Source: Stegostoma tigrinum (taxonomy: Eukaryota). Taken from it: DNA of 64,000 nucleotides. A program made the position numbers and the translations under genes. The stretch spans positions 23,663,033 through 23,727,032 of the forward strand of contig NC_081360.1 in NCBI RefSeq assembly GCF_030684315.1, written 5' to 3'. Below, in pieces: positions 39,485-52,012 of the stretch (the stretch's first letter is position 1; each line of letters starts with the position of its first letter). The notes under the pieces are model-generated. The model ran no database searches. It saw only the letters and a program-made list of their open reading frames with translations, and was not told the origin of the DNA.

Positions 39485-40935
39485 CTTTCTTTTCATTTGG
39501 TTATAGAATGTGGACATTGTTGGCTGGGCCAGCATTTGTTGCCTAATCGTAATTGGCCTGGAGAAGGTGGTGCTGAGCTCCTATGTCGAGCTGCAACAGT
39601 CATTGCGGTCTAGGTAGACCCAACAGGCCTGCTGGCAGGGGAGTTCCAGGAATTTGTGCTCACAACAGTGGTGACATAGTTCCAAGTCAGAATGGTGTAT
39701 GGCTTGGAGGGGATTTTGTTGTTGGTGGTGTTCCTGTGTATCTGCTGTCCTTATCCTTCTAGGTGGTAGAGGTTGCAGATTGGAAGGTGCTGTCAGAGGA
39801 GCCTTTGTGAGCTACTGCAGTCAATCTTGTAGATAATGCACAAAGCTGTTACTGTGTATCTGTGGTGAAGGGAGTGGATGTTGATTTTGGTGAATAGGAT
39901 GCTAATCAGTGGGACTGATTTGTCCTGGGTAGTGCCAAGTCCTTTGAGTGTTGTTGGAGCTGCACAGATCAAAGCAAGTGGATCATATTTCATTGCACTC
40001 CTGATTTGTGTTTTGCAGATGGTGCAATAGCATTGAGAAGCTAGGAGGTGGGTTACCCGCTGCAGGATTCCCAGCCTCTGATCTGTTCCTGTAATCACAC
40101 TATTTCTACGGCTAGTCCAATTCATTTCTGGACAATGGGAAAACCCCCAGGAAATTGACAGTGGACAATCCAGTTATGGCAATGCCATTAACGTCAAGGG
40201 GTAATGATTGCCCTTTTTGTGAGAGCTCGGCTGGTAGAACTGAGTACTGTTGTGGAGAAGTTACTGGCCATCGTTAGGTCACTGGTTCCCCCTTCCCTTA
40301 ATTGACAGGTATTCTGCTTCAAATAGAAATGCTATTCTGCCAGCTTCAAGCTCTGTTGCTAGAAGATTTTCTTATGGAAGCTTTAACCAGTATGAATTCT
40401 TAGTGTCAAGAAATGAATTGGACTAGCCATAGAAATAGTGTGATTACAGGAACAGATCAGAGGCTGGGAATCCTGCAGCAGGTAACCCATCTCCTAGCTT
40501 CTCAATGCTATTGCACCATCTGCAAAACACAAATCAGGAGTGCAATGAAATATGATCCACTTCTCTGTCATTGAACATGGCCATTGTGTGGCTTTTGTAA
40601 GACACAAATGCTGTTTGTGACTTTTCAGATCAAACCTGGATGTTGTCCAGCTCTTGTTGCACATGGGCACAGATAATATCTTGAATGGTGCTGAAAGTTC
40701 TGCAATCATCAGCAGACATGCTCACTTCTGACCTAATAATGGAGGGAAGGTCATTGATGAAGCAACTGAAGATTGATGGGCTGTGTATACTACCCTGAAG
40801 AACTCTTGCAAAGAGCTGAGATGACTGACCTCCAACCACCACAGCCATCTTCCTTTGTTCTGTGGTTGACTCCAAACAGTTTAAAGTTTACTAACCATTC
40901 CCATTATCTCCAACATTACATGGGCTGCTTGATGC
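39485..40935 (-). mobile_element. Non-LTR retrotransposon (CR1/L2 group) RT-to-3' fragment, rearranged
   Basis: ORF 40630-40875(-) VLQGSIHSPSIFSCFINDLP...SADDC is a decayed PQGS/FADD RT; ORF 39793-40125(-) is the downstream ORF2. Confidence 0.8.
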
Positions 40936-41309
40936 CTCTGGTTTGACATTGGTGCTAACATTACACATGAATCTCTACCCATTCCTCTTCTATCTCTGCA
41001 AGCGAATCCTTTATTTCAGCTTTAGAGACCAAACTAAGAATTCATACTGGTTAAAGCTTCCATAAGAAAATCTTCTAGCAACAGAGCTTGAAGCTGGCAG
41101 AATAGCATTTCTATTTGAAGCAGACAACCTGTCAATTAAGGGAAGGGGGAACCAATGACCTAACGATGGCCAGTAACTTCTCCACAACAGTACTCGGCTC
41201 TACCAGCCGTGCTCTCACAAAAAGAGCAAGGATTTCCTATGCATACAAAATCAAGTCGAGTTTTAACAACCAATTTGAACCACAGCACAAAACATGACAG
41301 CAAAGGAAG

Positions 41310-41890
41310 ATTAATCATTTTTTTGCACATTTAATGCATAATGGCCTGGTTGATAATTGTAAACGTCCTGTGTAATCTCCGACAATATTTGAAGGAAGAA
41401 TTTACTTTTGCAGGAGAAAACCCTCTGATGAATCATTGCATCAAAAGCATTTACAGTTACAATGCAATCTGAACATGTCCAAACATTTAACAATTATCTG
41501 ACTGAATGTTTTTGATTCACCATCAAACTTTCATCCACGATCATGAACCCATGCAGGAACTTTATGATTTCAGGGCTTCCAATACCTATGACAGTATTTG
41601 ACATTTGTTCGCAGAATGGAACTAAAAGTTTCCTGTGGTCCTCGCAATGACCTGTGAAGAGAATGGATGCATTCGCTTTGCATGCAAGGGTTTCCCAATA
41701 CACCAAAAGGCCACACAAGGACAGTGTGTTGTCAGGAAAGCTATTCTTCCACCCACAAAAGCTTTGTATTTCACAATCTGATTACCATGTCCATTTGGAG
41801 ATGAAAATCTGTCTCTCACTTTCCAGGCAAGGAGTGTCCTCCTTATTCCTTTGAACAAAATGCAGAAGTTCCACATAGAAACCAATCTTT
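41310..41890 (-). mobile_element. Possible decayed DNA-transposon (hAT-like) coding remnant
   Basis: Consecutive short minus-strand ORFs including FMIVDES, similar to the hAT first catalytic Asp motif. Weak. Confidence 0.25.
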
Positions 41891-42674
41891 AACAATATTA
41901 TAAAATTAACAGACATGGAGGAGCTTTGAACCAATCAGTGTGAACATGAAGTTCTAAGTGGTATTCGTGAGGAACATGTACTGCTTATTGTCGTACACTA
42001 TCAGGACATCAATGCATTAGAATTCTATCCCCTTGATGTAGCTGGGTGAGTCATCTGTGTGTAATTTCAGGCCAAATGAGTGCCATAAATCACAGGATGC
42101 AAAACATTCATGCCATTTATCGACTGCAATTTTCATGAACGCAAAAGAAAAATCAGCCTCTTTCGATCCATGTTCAGTATAGAAAAGGGAGTGTGAATTT
42201 GCATAAATTTGCTTTTTTACTTCATCCCCAGGACTTGTGGATTATTGGAAAGATCAACATTACTAATGACCGTGAGTTGCATTCTTGCCATTTCAAATGG
42301 AACTAAAGTGCCAATCACATTACTGTGGGTCATAATGCAAGTATCGGTCAGAGAACCAGATCTCCATCATAACAGAATATGAGTGAACTGGATGGGTCTG
42401 GAGACAATACAATTGTTTCAATACAATATTCCAGGTTTATCCAATTAATCAAACATAAACTTTCCCAGCTGCCATAGTGAGATTTGGTCTCACGAAATTG
42501 GACAATTAGACCAAATATTTAGATTACTATTTCAGGAAAATATCAACTATATAATCATTTCTCATTCCTTCTTACTGTGATAAGGACAAGAATCTTGAAA
42601 GATTTCTGAACTAACCTATGGCCATCAAACTTAAGCACGATGATGATGTTCAGAGGAAGTTCTGCCTATATTAG

Positions 42675-42770
42675 AGCCACTTGGCAGCAGCTTTCCCTGC
42701 CCAGGACCAAACTGAGTAAATATGAGTCAGTGTTTGACTGTGGTGGAGACACAGGATATAAAGACTGAAC
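42675..42770 (+). promoter_or_regulatory. Proximal promoter of paralog 2
   Basis: TGAGTCA 42723-42729, TGTGGT 42739-42744, TATAAA 42757-42762; same spacing as paralog 1. Confidence 0.75.
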
Positions 42771-42852
42771 ACAGCAAGGAAACGGCAGAGCAAGAGAGAG
42801 AAGCAGCTCCTTTACTCTGAGAAGGCAGCAAGCTGATCACACAAGAAGCAGA

Positions 42853-45800
42853 ATGAAGGTCTTCCTCCTCACCATTGCTGCAGTGCAGATTCTCCACTGC
42901 TCAGGTAGGTGCCAGAGAGAGCAGCACCTCATCAAGCAACGAGTTATTGGCAGTGAGGCTCACTCGCTGAGATATCACCAATGTGTAAAATAACTCGCTG
43001 AAGAACTCCAGAATGTTTTGTACAACTTTTCTTTTCTCTCGACAGGAAAACCAAGCCCGAAAGATGCTCTGAGAGTGTCTGTTCTAAAACTGAACCGAAT
43101 CACTGAGACCAGCAATCTGTGCGGGATAACTAGGAGAAGAGTGAAGGATGTAAGTGTGTCCCGGTCTCAGTCAGTTTCACTCTCTAAACTCTACGACATC
43201 ATTACTGAGTGCAGTTCACACAGATTATTACACAGGAGCAGAGTGTTATTATACACTTGGGCTGATGGGTGAATGAGCCCAGAGTAAGAATACCAGACAC
43301 AGTCAGACACAATCAGACACTAATAAACTGTTTTTCTCCCATCAGATTTATCGCACAGGGAAATTGTCATACAACGTGGATTTAACATTCTCTGTGAAAG
43401 AAACCGTCTGCTCCAAGAATTCTGGACTGGAATTTGATGATCCCAGCTGCCGCTTCCGAACCAAAAAGTCTGCAGTAAGTTCTTAGTTACATAGCCGCAT
43501 CCAAACCCTCATATGTATACCATAGAAAAGATCATGTACACTGAGTTATGTCATAGGAAGGGCAATATGACCTCAATTAGAGGTCACATTTACTGACATA
43601 TCACATAGAAAGGGTGATGTATATTGACAGAAACAACCGTGTGCCATGGATTATGTCGTAGAGAGATTGTCTCAACTGAGTACATAGTAGAAAGGGTTGT
43701 GCGTACTGGGATATACTATAGAAAGTAGAATGTGCAGTAAATTACATCATGAATGCTCCTTAAGTGATTGCCAAGCTTGTTGTGATCAATAACCTCAATG
43801 CTCTCTCATTTCATTTGGCAGGCGAAAGGATTTTGCAAGAGCCACGTTGAATATTTTGCTGATGAAGTTGTTGACATTGATGTGGAGTGTCGGGGATTGA
43901 AGACATTTGACAGCAGAAGTGGATCTTTCGAGTCCAGTGAAAACAGCATCGAGGTAACCTCACAACGTAACTCATCTGGACAATAGGGTCTCTGATTTTG
44001 CGCTTTAGTCTAGACCAGATTTTGTCAGGCTCAAAGTTGTATTTTGAATCTTCAAACTCTTCCTTTGGCAAACTCCTGTGGCAATGAAATAATAATCAGA
44101 CTTGTTCCTTGCTTTGCACCAGCAGTAGACATGTACAGAGATATTATTACTGCTTGCTGCTGTTCAAAGAAATAATTCCTCTTTATTATCTGAGGGTTAA
44201 CAGGACACAGTCCATTGTGTTGCTTTAATACTTCGACCATTGACCAAACTGAACCAGGACTGCACTCATTATTGTTATACCATAAACTATCCACATATTT
44301 GATGAAGCCTTCACCACTCCACACTGAAACACTGCACCCCATCCCAGAAATTTAACCATTTAAAATTCCTCATTTAATTTTAAAGGGTTACCGAATTGGG
44401 AATCATGCTCAAATTAATGCTTCACTCCTGTCCCAGGGCTAAACAGCAAAATATTTTGATTTTAATTCAGGTGAAAACCAGGAAAACATCTCGCCCAGGA
44501 GTCTACAAACGTGAGTATAAATCTGGATTTTTACCACAACACTATTGGCAACAACAAAGTGTATTTCTCTGGTTAGAGTGGAGTCTGTGACAGCACTGTG
44601 CTGTGTTTTTATTGAATTCAATGTCATCCAGAATAAGTTGGGAAAGGAAGACAAACACAAGAATCTTGTCAAGTCTTTGCCTGTGCTCATCAAAGGATGT
44701 TGGGAGGAACTTAAGTAGAGATGTTTGCTTTTCCCCATGAAGAATATCTCACACTAGAATAATGTAATCGAATCGACTTTTGCATTTTCAATACTTACCA
44801 GACAATAATTCCTGTGTAAAATTAAAATAACGCAGATTCTGAAAACTAGACACAAAACCAGTAGGTGCCGGTGTATCTCAGCAGATCTGGCAGCGCCTGT
44901 GGAGCGAGATGCAGAACTGCTCTGCCAAGGCCAGTATGACTTTTGAAGAAGAGTAAAACCTGTTTCTCTTTCCAAAGATGCTGCCAGACTGGCTGAGGTT
45001 CTCCAGCATTCCTTGTCTTTTCAATAGTTCTTGTGTTCTTGAGAGAATACACCAGATATAAACCGATCAACAATCTCCCACCATGTTAGTTTATCCACCA
45101 ACACCACAGCTCCACCGTCCCACAAGTGGAATGATTATTGCTGTGCTGGAGAATAGGAGATATTTGAAGAGGGATCCTCCACTCCAGTCCTGAGTCTCTG
45201 AATCTCGACTCCAAAATTTAAGGAGTTAACAGCTCATCATGTTTTTAAACATAGCAGTACAGAACTCAGTTATTCACAGAAGAATCTGATAGTTTAGAAC
45301 AATAACAAAATGATTCATTGATTCCTGACAATAAATCAATAATCTGATATTTTTAAATGCAGGTGTGAAGCAAATCAAAAGACTGGTCACTGCGGGAGGC
45401 TTCAAACGTGAGTATAAACTGGAACTTTGCGCCAAGAATTGTCTCTCAATCATGATCATCCATAACAATAAAACATTGAACTCAATCCATCCACCGTGGC
45501 CCAGTGGTTAGCACTGTTCCCTCACAGCACCAGGGAACCGGGTTGATTCCACCCACAGGCGACTGTCTGTGTGGAGTTTGCACATTCTCCCCGTGTCTGC
45601 GTGGGTTTCCTTCGGGTGCTCCGGTTTCCTCCCTCAGTCCAAAGATGTGCAGGCTAGGTAGATTGGCCATGTTAAATTGCCCATAGTGCTTAGGCATGTG
45701 TAGATTAGGTGGGTTATCGGGGATAGGTCTGGGTGGGGTGCTCTGAGGATCGATGTGAGCTTGGTGGGCCATAGGACCTGTTTCCACACTGTAGAGATTC

Positions 45801-45853
45801 TGTGATAATAACTATTGTGTTCATTTCTGTTCATTCCAGGAACACTGTGGTGA
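42853..45853 (+). CDS. spp2: SPP2-like paralog 2, ~171 aa, with frameshifted cationic C-terminal tail
   Basis: join(42853-42904,43046-43149,43346-43474,43822-43953,44471-44510,45363-45407,45840-45853), GT-AG introns. Protein: MKVFLLTIAAVQILHCSG KPSPKDALRVSVLKLNRITETSNLCGITRRRVKD IYRTGKLSYNVDLTFSVKETVCSKNSGLEFDDPSCRFRTKKSA AKGFCKSHVEYFADEVVDIDVECRGLKTFDSRSGSFESSENSIE VKTRKTSRPGVYKRVKQIKRLVTAGGFKRTLW*. Exons 1-4 are well supported by paralogy. The tail depends on inclusion of the 40-nt exon. Confidence 0.8.
45495..45803 (+). mobile_element. tRNA-derived SINE (HE1-like) in the last intron of paralog 2
   Basis: gtggcccagtggttagcactg...cctgtttccacactgtagagattctgtga; absent from the homologous last introns of paralogs 1 and 3. 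Confidence 0.9.
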
Positions 45854-47757
45854 TTCTAGATCCCGACACTAAGCAGGAATGAAATTTTTGGAAATCCGAG
45901 CTTGGTGTTAACACAAGACCTCATTCCAATTAAAGAAGATGTTATCAATTGTACTTTACTTGTTCATATGTAAACCTGGGCTTCCTGACTGTATATTTCA
46001 CTGTAACTGGAAGTTTCTATAGTGTGTAAATGTTCCGTCTTTTGGTGTGTGTTGTCTTGTATTCTGTGGATCACATTAAAATTGTAAAGAGAATGTTTCC
46101 TGAAATTTCTCTCAATGTTGTTCCTCATTTCACTGTTTGGATGGGAGTTCAGGGAGACACAGCACTCAAACCAATTTGTCACAGACTGTGACTACATTCC
46201 TTATGTTAACTACTAGCTGCTGGGGAACTGGAACTTCTCAGTTTTAAGTCCAGAGTTGAGATTTAATTAATTAGCAATACAGCAAAACCTTATTAAAGTG
46301 GAACTATCATTCCTGGGCTATGACATTTAAATGTTTCATGAACCATCTGAGGAATTGTGCTTTCAGAATGAATACATACAGCTTGTGATAGTTGCAAATT
46401 CTGTGCGGGCCTGAATTCTCTGGTATTGGAAATGAGTTCTAGAGTTTACATTTGGTTTTACAAAAACCCAGTCTGTTAGAAGCACCAGTCTCAGAGTCAG
46501 TGGACTAATTTGAAGACGTTTAAACAAAGCAGTAAATTCTCAAATGGTCAGAGACTAAAAAAGAATTTCTGTCTTCACCTCTTCATTGCATTAGAGGCCC
46601 TGCAGATCCTAGATTTTTTGGCTGTCTTCTACTTCATTCTACCCACATTCCGCTGGTTTGCTCTTCCTTTCGGGAGCAGTTTCCATTGGAGGATGTGATT
46701 TCATCCATGACTCAGTTTGCATTTTCCAGAATCCTCATTCCATAGCTGCGACCAGTGTTTAGTGTGAGAAACACTAAACTACCCAGCGATTACTGCCACA
46801 TATGGCTGACAGGTCTCTGACTGGTGTGTGAATTATCTGCCACCACTCTACTTGGGAATCTGGTCATTCAGGACAGCTGACTGTACTTAGCTGTCCCTCT
46901 TGCTTTTAGTTAACAGGTCTGAGAGAATCTTTGAGCCCAAATACAAGTAACACTTACCTTTGCAAGCATAAAATTCTAAACTACTTTCTTCCTTACCAGC
47001 CCAGTAATCAAATATTAAGAAAATTTGACAATCTTCTCAGAGGAGATGTCATTAATGGCGTTTGAAGTTGACTAGAATGAAGATCGTCGTCAGAAGCTAC
47101 TTCTGAAACTTGAGTGGGACTTATCCCAGTTGTGTTGTATATTTGAGTGCTGCTTCTTGTCATTGTTAGTGTAAATTGCAGTAAATTAGCCCTGAGACAT
47201 GTCCACTTCGCTGTCATTTGTAAAGTTAGTGATGTGTCACACTGTATATCCTGAAGAGGAGAAAGTGTAAGAAAAGATATCTGTCAAAACAGTGCAAGAT
47301 GCTCTATTCCCCACTGTTATTGCATGTGTTGGTATCAAGTATTAAACTGCTCTGTAATTGAAGGCAGGTTTCAGCTCACCCAGGGCAATGCTCCAATATT
47401 GTAAGTTTTGTGCATGAGGTCTTATTCCAATTTATTAGGAGAAAAGCATTGTTTGTGAGAATGAGACTTTAATACTAAGCACAAGGGAAAATTACGACCA
47501 AAGGCAAAGCCCTTGCAGGAAAATCACTTTAAGACCCGAGTTTTGCTTTGTGATAGCGATAGCAAATGTAAAATACAGGATATTTCTGACAGCATATGAA
47601 CCCAGAGAGCCCACAATAACTGAATTACAGCTTCTATCTCATTCTGTAGTACCAAGCTCTTCAACCAATCCTGTGTGACACTTCTCTAACAAAATGAATT
47701 TGTCTCTTCATTCTGCCACGTAACTCATTGTTTGATGTCAATTAGACGCTGAAGGAT

Positions 47758-49460
47758 AGAATCTTAGTCACGCAGCGCAAAAACAGACCCTTTAGTCCAA
47801 TTCTTCCATGACAAGCAAGCTTTCTGAGCTAAACTAGTCCCACTTGCCTACATTTTTCCCATAACTCTCTAAACTTTTCCTTTTCATGTACCTATTCAGA
47901 GGTCTCTTAAACTTTTGCCAGTGTACCTGCATCAACCATTTCCTCTGGCAGTTCATTCCACATATAAGCCAGCCTCTGTATGAACAAGTTGATCCTCAGG
48001 TCTCGGCTAAATCTTTCTCCTTTTGCATTAAAAATATGCCGCCTAGTTTTGAATTCCGCCACCCTATAGAAAAGTCCTTTACCTTTCACCTTATCTATGC
48101 CCCTCATGATTTTATAAAAATGAATAAGGTCATCCCTCAATCTCCTATACTCCAATGAAAAAAGTCCCAGCCTATCCAGCCTCTCCTTATAACTCAAACC
48201 CTCCAGTACTGGCAACATCCTGGTAAATCTTTTGCGCACCCTCTTAATTTAATTCCCAAAGCAGAGTGACCAGAACAGGAGACAGTGCTCCAAAAGTGGA
48301 CTCACCAATGTCCTGCACACCTGCTACATATCCTTCCACCTCCTATCCTCCTGAGCAATGAAGGAAAGCATGCTAATCACTTTCTTTACTACCATGTATA
48401 TGTTTGAAGCAACTTTGAAATAAAAATATACCTGAATCTCTAGATTTCTCTATTGGACAACATTACCCATTAACTGTATAAGTCCTGCCTTGTTTGTTTT
48501 ATCAAAATGCAATACCTCTCATTTATCTCCCATGGGGAGGTGATGGCCTAGTGGTATTATCGCTGGACTGTTAATCCAGAGATCCAGGTAATGTTCTGGA
48601 GAACCAGGTTTGAATCCCAACACACAGATGGTGGAATTAAGAGTCTAATGATGACCATGAATCCATTGTTGATTGTCAGGAAAAAAAAACCTCTGGTTCA
48701 CTAATGTCCTTTAGGGAAGGAAACTGCCATCCTTTCTTTGCTTGACCTAAATGTGACTCCAGACCCACAGCGATGCGGTTGACTCTCAACTGCCCTCTGG
48801 GTAATTAGAGATGGCAATAAATGCTCCTAGGCATGGATGTCCTCATCCCGTTAATGAATAAAAGGGAAAAATTCCAAATTAAACTCCATCAGTGGTCAGC
48901 CAATGAAGATCCCTTTGTAATCTTAGATGATCTTCTTTACTGCTCACTATACCATCAAGTTTGCCGCCATCTGCAAACATGCTAACTCTGACTCCTAGGT
49001 TCTCACCCTCATCATTGATACAAGTGACAGACAAAAGCAGACCCAGTACCAATCCCTGCTGAACACTGCTGGTCAGAGGGCTCCAGTCTGAAAATCAACC
49101 CTCCATCACCCCCATTAGTCTCCTACATTGAGGCAATTTTGTATCCAGTTAATAATTTTTCCCTGAATCACATGTGACCTAATTTTCTTAACCTGTCTAC
49201 CACATGGAACCTTGTCAAAGGCTTTATTAAAGTCCACGTAGACAATGTCTACCTCTCTGCCCTCACCTATCCTTTTAGTCACATCCTCAAAAAAACTCAA
49301 TCACGTTTGTAGGATGCAAATTGCCACGCACAAAGCCATGCTGAGTATCCCTAATTAGTCCTTGCCTCTCCAAGTGCACATAAATCCTACCCTCCAACAA
49401 CTTACCCACCTCTGGTTCAGACTCACTTTTCAATAGTTCCCAAGCTTCTCCTTTCAGCCT
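47758..49460 (-). mobile_element. CR1 LINE ORF2 fragment (RT to 3' UTR), interrupted at 48533-48870
   Basis: ORFs 47907-48239(-) KRFTRMLP.LEGLSYKERLDRLGLFSLEYRRLR and 49115-49300(-) VDIVYVDFNKAFDKVP. Confidence 0.92.
48533..48870 (+). mobile_element. Third tRNA-derived SINE family inserted in CR1
   Basis: ggggaggtgatggcctagtggtattatcgctggact...ggtttgaatccc head; ends aatgaataaaagggaaaa. Fragments at ~25150-25380 and ~30157-30208. Confidence 0.8.
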
Positions 49461-50714
49461 TTCATAAATAAAAGATCACTTTGCTTCTGGATCATTGAGA
49501 TTGAAATAGTTTTGCATTCCTGCTGGTGATGCTATTGAACATTGATCTCCTTCAGCAGCTATCTCATGGCAAGTCCTCTTCACTTCACAGATAATATCCA
49601 GTCCAATAGGTTTCTAACTCAAGGATGTTTATTCACATATCAATGCAGTACAGATAATCGATTAAGTCTTCCCGAACGCTATCTTCTTCTGATTGTAAAT
49701 CTCAATATGGATAAAGAAAAGAGAATTGCGTGTCAGCAGCAATTGGTCTCTGATCTGAATGTACCCCACCTCTCCCTCCACCACCACCACCATCCCCCCG
49801 CAAGCTGCACACCCCCCCTCCTTCTCTTGTAATTGAGTTAATTCATCATCAGCAAGTGATGGTTTACCCTGGCGTAAGGCCAGTTACTCCCACTGAGAGC
49901 ACGTTCTTAGCCAATGTCAATATTAGTCACTGAGGGTTTAGTTGTTGACTGTTTATCTCATGAATGGTCCCACAAGCCTGTGACATTTTTCAGAGTCAGT
50001 CCTGGAGGTTGAGAGGCTGTCCTTTCATTTAACCATTTGATTATCTCAATCTCAAGACTCACCTGGACAACAATGTCCACTGTCACTCAAGAGCAATTTA
50101 TTCTCATTGCAAGACTACACATTTTGTTATATTGCTCTCTCCATTGCCTTCTCTGTTAGGGATATGGCAATAAAAATGGTTCAACAATGGTTGCCTGCAA
50201 TGAGCATATGTGGCCTCCTCAGGGCAATGCATTGCAGAAAGTTGGAGACATACCTGGGATAGAAGTTATTTCAGAAGTTAAGGACTGGCAAAAAAAACTT
50301 TAACACATTTTTGGAACTACTAAAGTTGATTTTGAGGATGTTTGAGCCTTCTGAAAGTTCTGTTCAGATATAGAGTGAGTACACACAGAGGGTAATTTGA
50401 AAAATAAACTGAAGATATATTGGCGGCAATAGAGGACTTCAATTGGTCTCTCTACTGAGATTCATCTTCATACCCCATTATCACTCATATGGATGACTAT
50501 TTTAAATGCTTGGTGAAAGTTTGGAACTGCAAGCGTTGGCTTATTTATCCAAATGGCCTTCAACTTTTCAAAAGCAGTTTGTTTTATCTCAGTGCATACC
50601 ACCTGCCTTTTAATCTCTAGTAGGCCTGTCAGCTGTCTAGTGGGATGCAGCTGTGTAGCTGGAGCTGGGGTGCACTTTTAGTGTCACCTACCTATTTCGA
50701 AAACCTCGTAATTT

Positions 50715-51135
50715 TCAATAAAAATGAAAGAACTGTGGACGATGTAGATCAGGGACAAAAACAGAAGTTGCTGGAAAAGCTCAGCAGGTCTGGCAGCAAA
50801 TGTGGAGGAGAAAAAAAGAGTTAATGTTTCAGATCTGGTGGCCTTTCCTCAGAACTTGTGGTGGCTGGGGAAAACATCAGTTTATGTGAAGAAAGTAGAG
50901 ATGGGGTTGGGGGGTGGGATAGAGAACAAATGATAGAGAAGAGCAGTTGGACAGATAAAGAAGTTGATAATGATCCAGCTGGGAGGGTGAATAGTTGTTA
51001 ATGGGGGCTGTTAGTGGCTAACAATAGGTAGTGTATAATAGAAGGCTATGTGATATCAAGGCCTGGTGTTTGAGGTAGGGGGCTGGGACATGAGAGAGTT
51101 TAGGCCCTAAAATTATTGACCTCAATATTGAACTC
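50715..51135 (-). mobile_element. Penelope-like element 3' fragment (second subfamily)
   Basis: Terminus cagaagttgctggaaaagctcagcaggtctggcagc as in 27920-28130, followed by purine-rich sequence like the reverse-complement Penelope 3' region. Confidence 0.55.
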
Positions 51136-51716
51136 ATAATTTTCAGTTTTCTCACAGGAATGGGGAGCTCTACTGCTTCTGGCAGCCTTGGGCAGTATTC
51201 ATCCTGGACCTACTATGTGACCAGAAAAGGCAGCTGAGCCTGAACAAATTCACTCTTTGTAAGATTACCCTAAAAATCAGCTAACAGTGTTTTCCAGATG
51301 ATTTCAGTCAGCTTTACAATCTTCTAGCAGTTGCACAGAAGAAGATGAACATCTTCCTCCTTCATGAGGACATTTCTGAAGAAGGGTCCCGACCCAAAAC
51401 ATTAACTTTCCTGTTCCTCTAATGCTGCCTGGCCTGCTGTGTTCTTCCAGCGCCACACGGTGACTTCTAATTATTCCTTTTACCTTTTAAAAATAGGTGA
51501 AGATGTGTTTCCCCAAGTCCTGTTTGTGAATTTCAACATAAAAATGATCCACAGCAAATTCTTTAGTCAAGGGAAATTAGGTTTTCCTATTGAATTCCAA
51601 TCCTGGGGGATTGGACGCAATACAATCTCAGATACACAGGCAGACAAGCAAGAAAGAATAAAGATGCAAGGAATTCCAAATGACTTAAAAATGAAAGATA
51701 TTGATATCAGTGTTCA

Positions 51717-52012
51717 GTCATAGAATCACTACAGCATGATAATAGCCCATTCAGCCCATTAAATCCACACCACCCCACCGAAGACCATCCCACCCAGACT
51801 CTCCCCTCTATCCCAAGACCCTGCATTTAGCTTGGTCAATCCACCTAACCTGTATATCTTCAGACTGTGGAAGGGAATCAGTGCACCCAGAGGAAACTCA
51901 TGCAGACACAGGGAGAATGTGCAAACGCCACACTGGCTCTGAGGCTGGAATCAAACCCAGGTCCCTGTCGCTGTGAAGCAGCAGTGTCAACCATTGCGCC
52001 ATTGTGCTGCCC
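51717..52012 (-). mobile_element. tRNA-derived SINE (HE1-like)
   Basis: Same family as 14541-14849. Confidence 0.85.

Noticed and set aside
42853-45853. Calling paralog 2 a pseudogene because of the 40-nt exon and the TGA in the next exon
   Set aside because: Promoter, exons 1-4 and all splice sites are intact, and the shifted frame terminates in the last exon, so it is not an obvious NMD target. It is kept as coding, with the tail uncertain.
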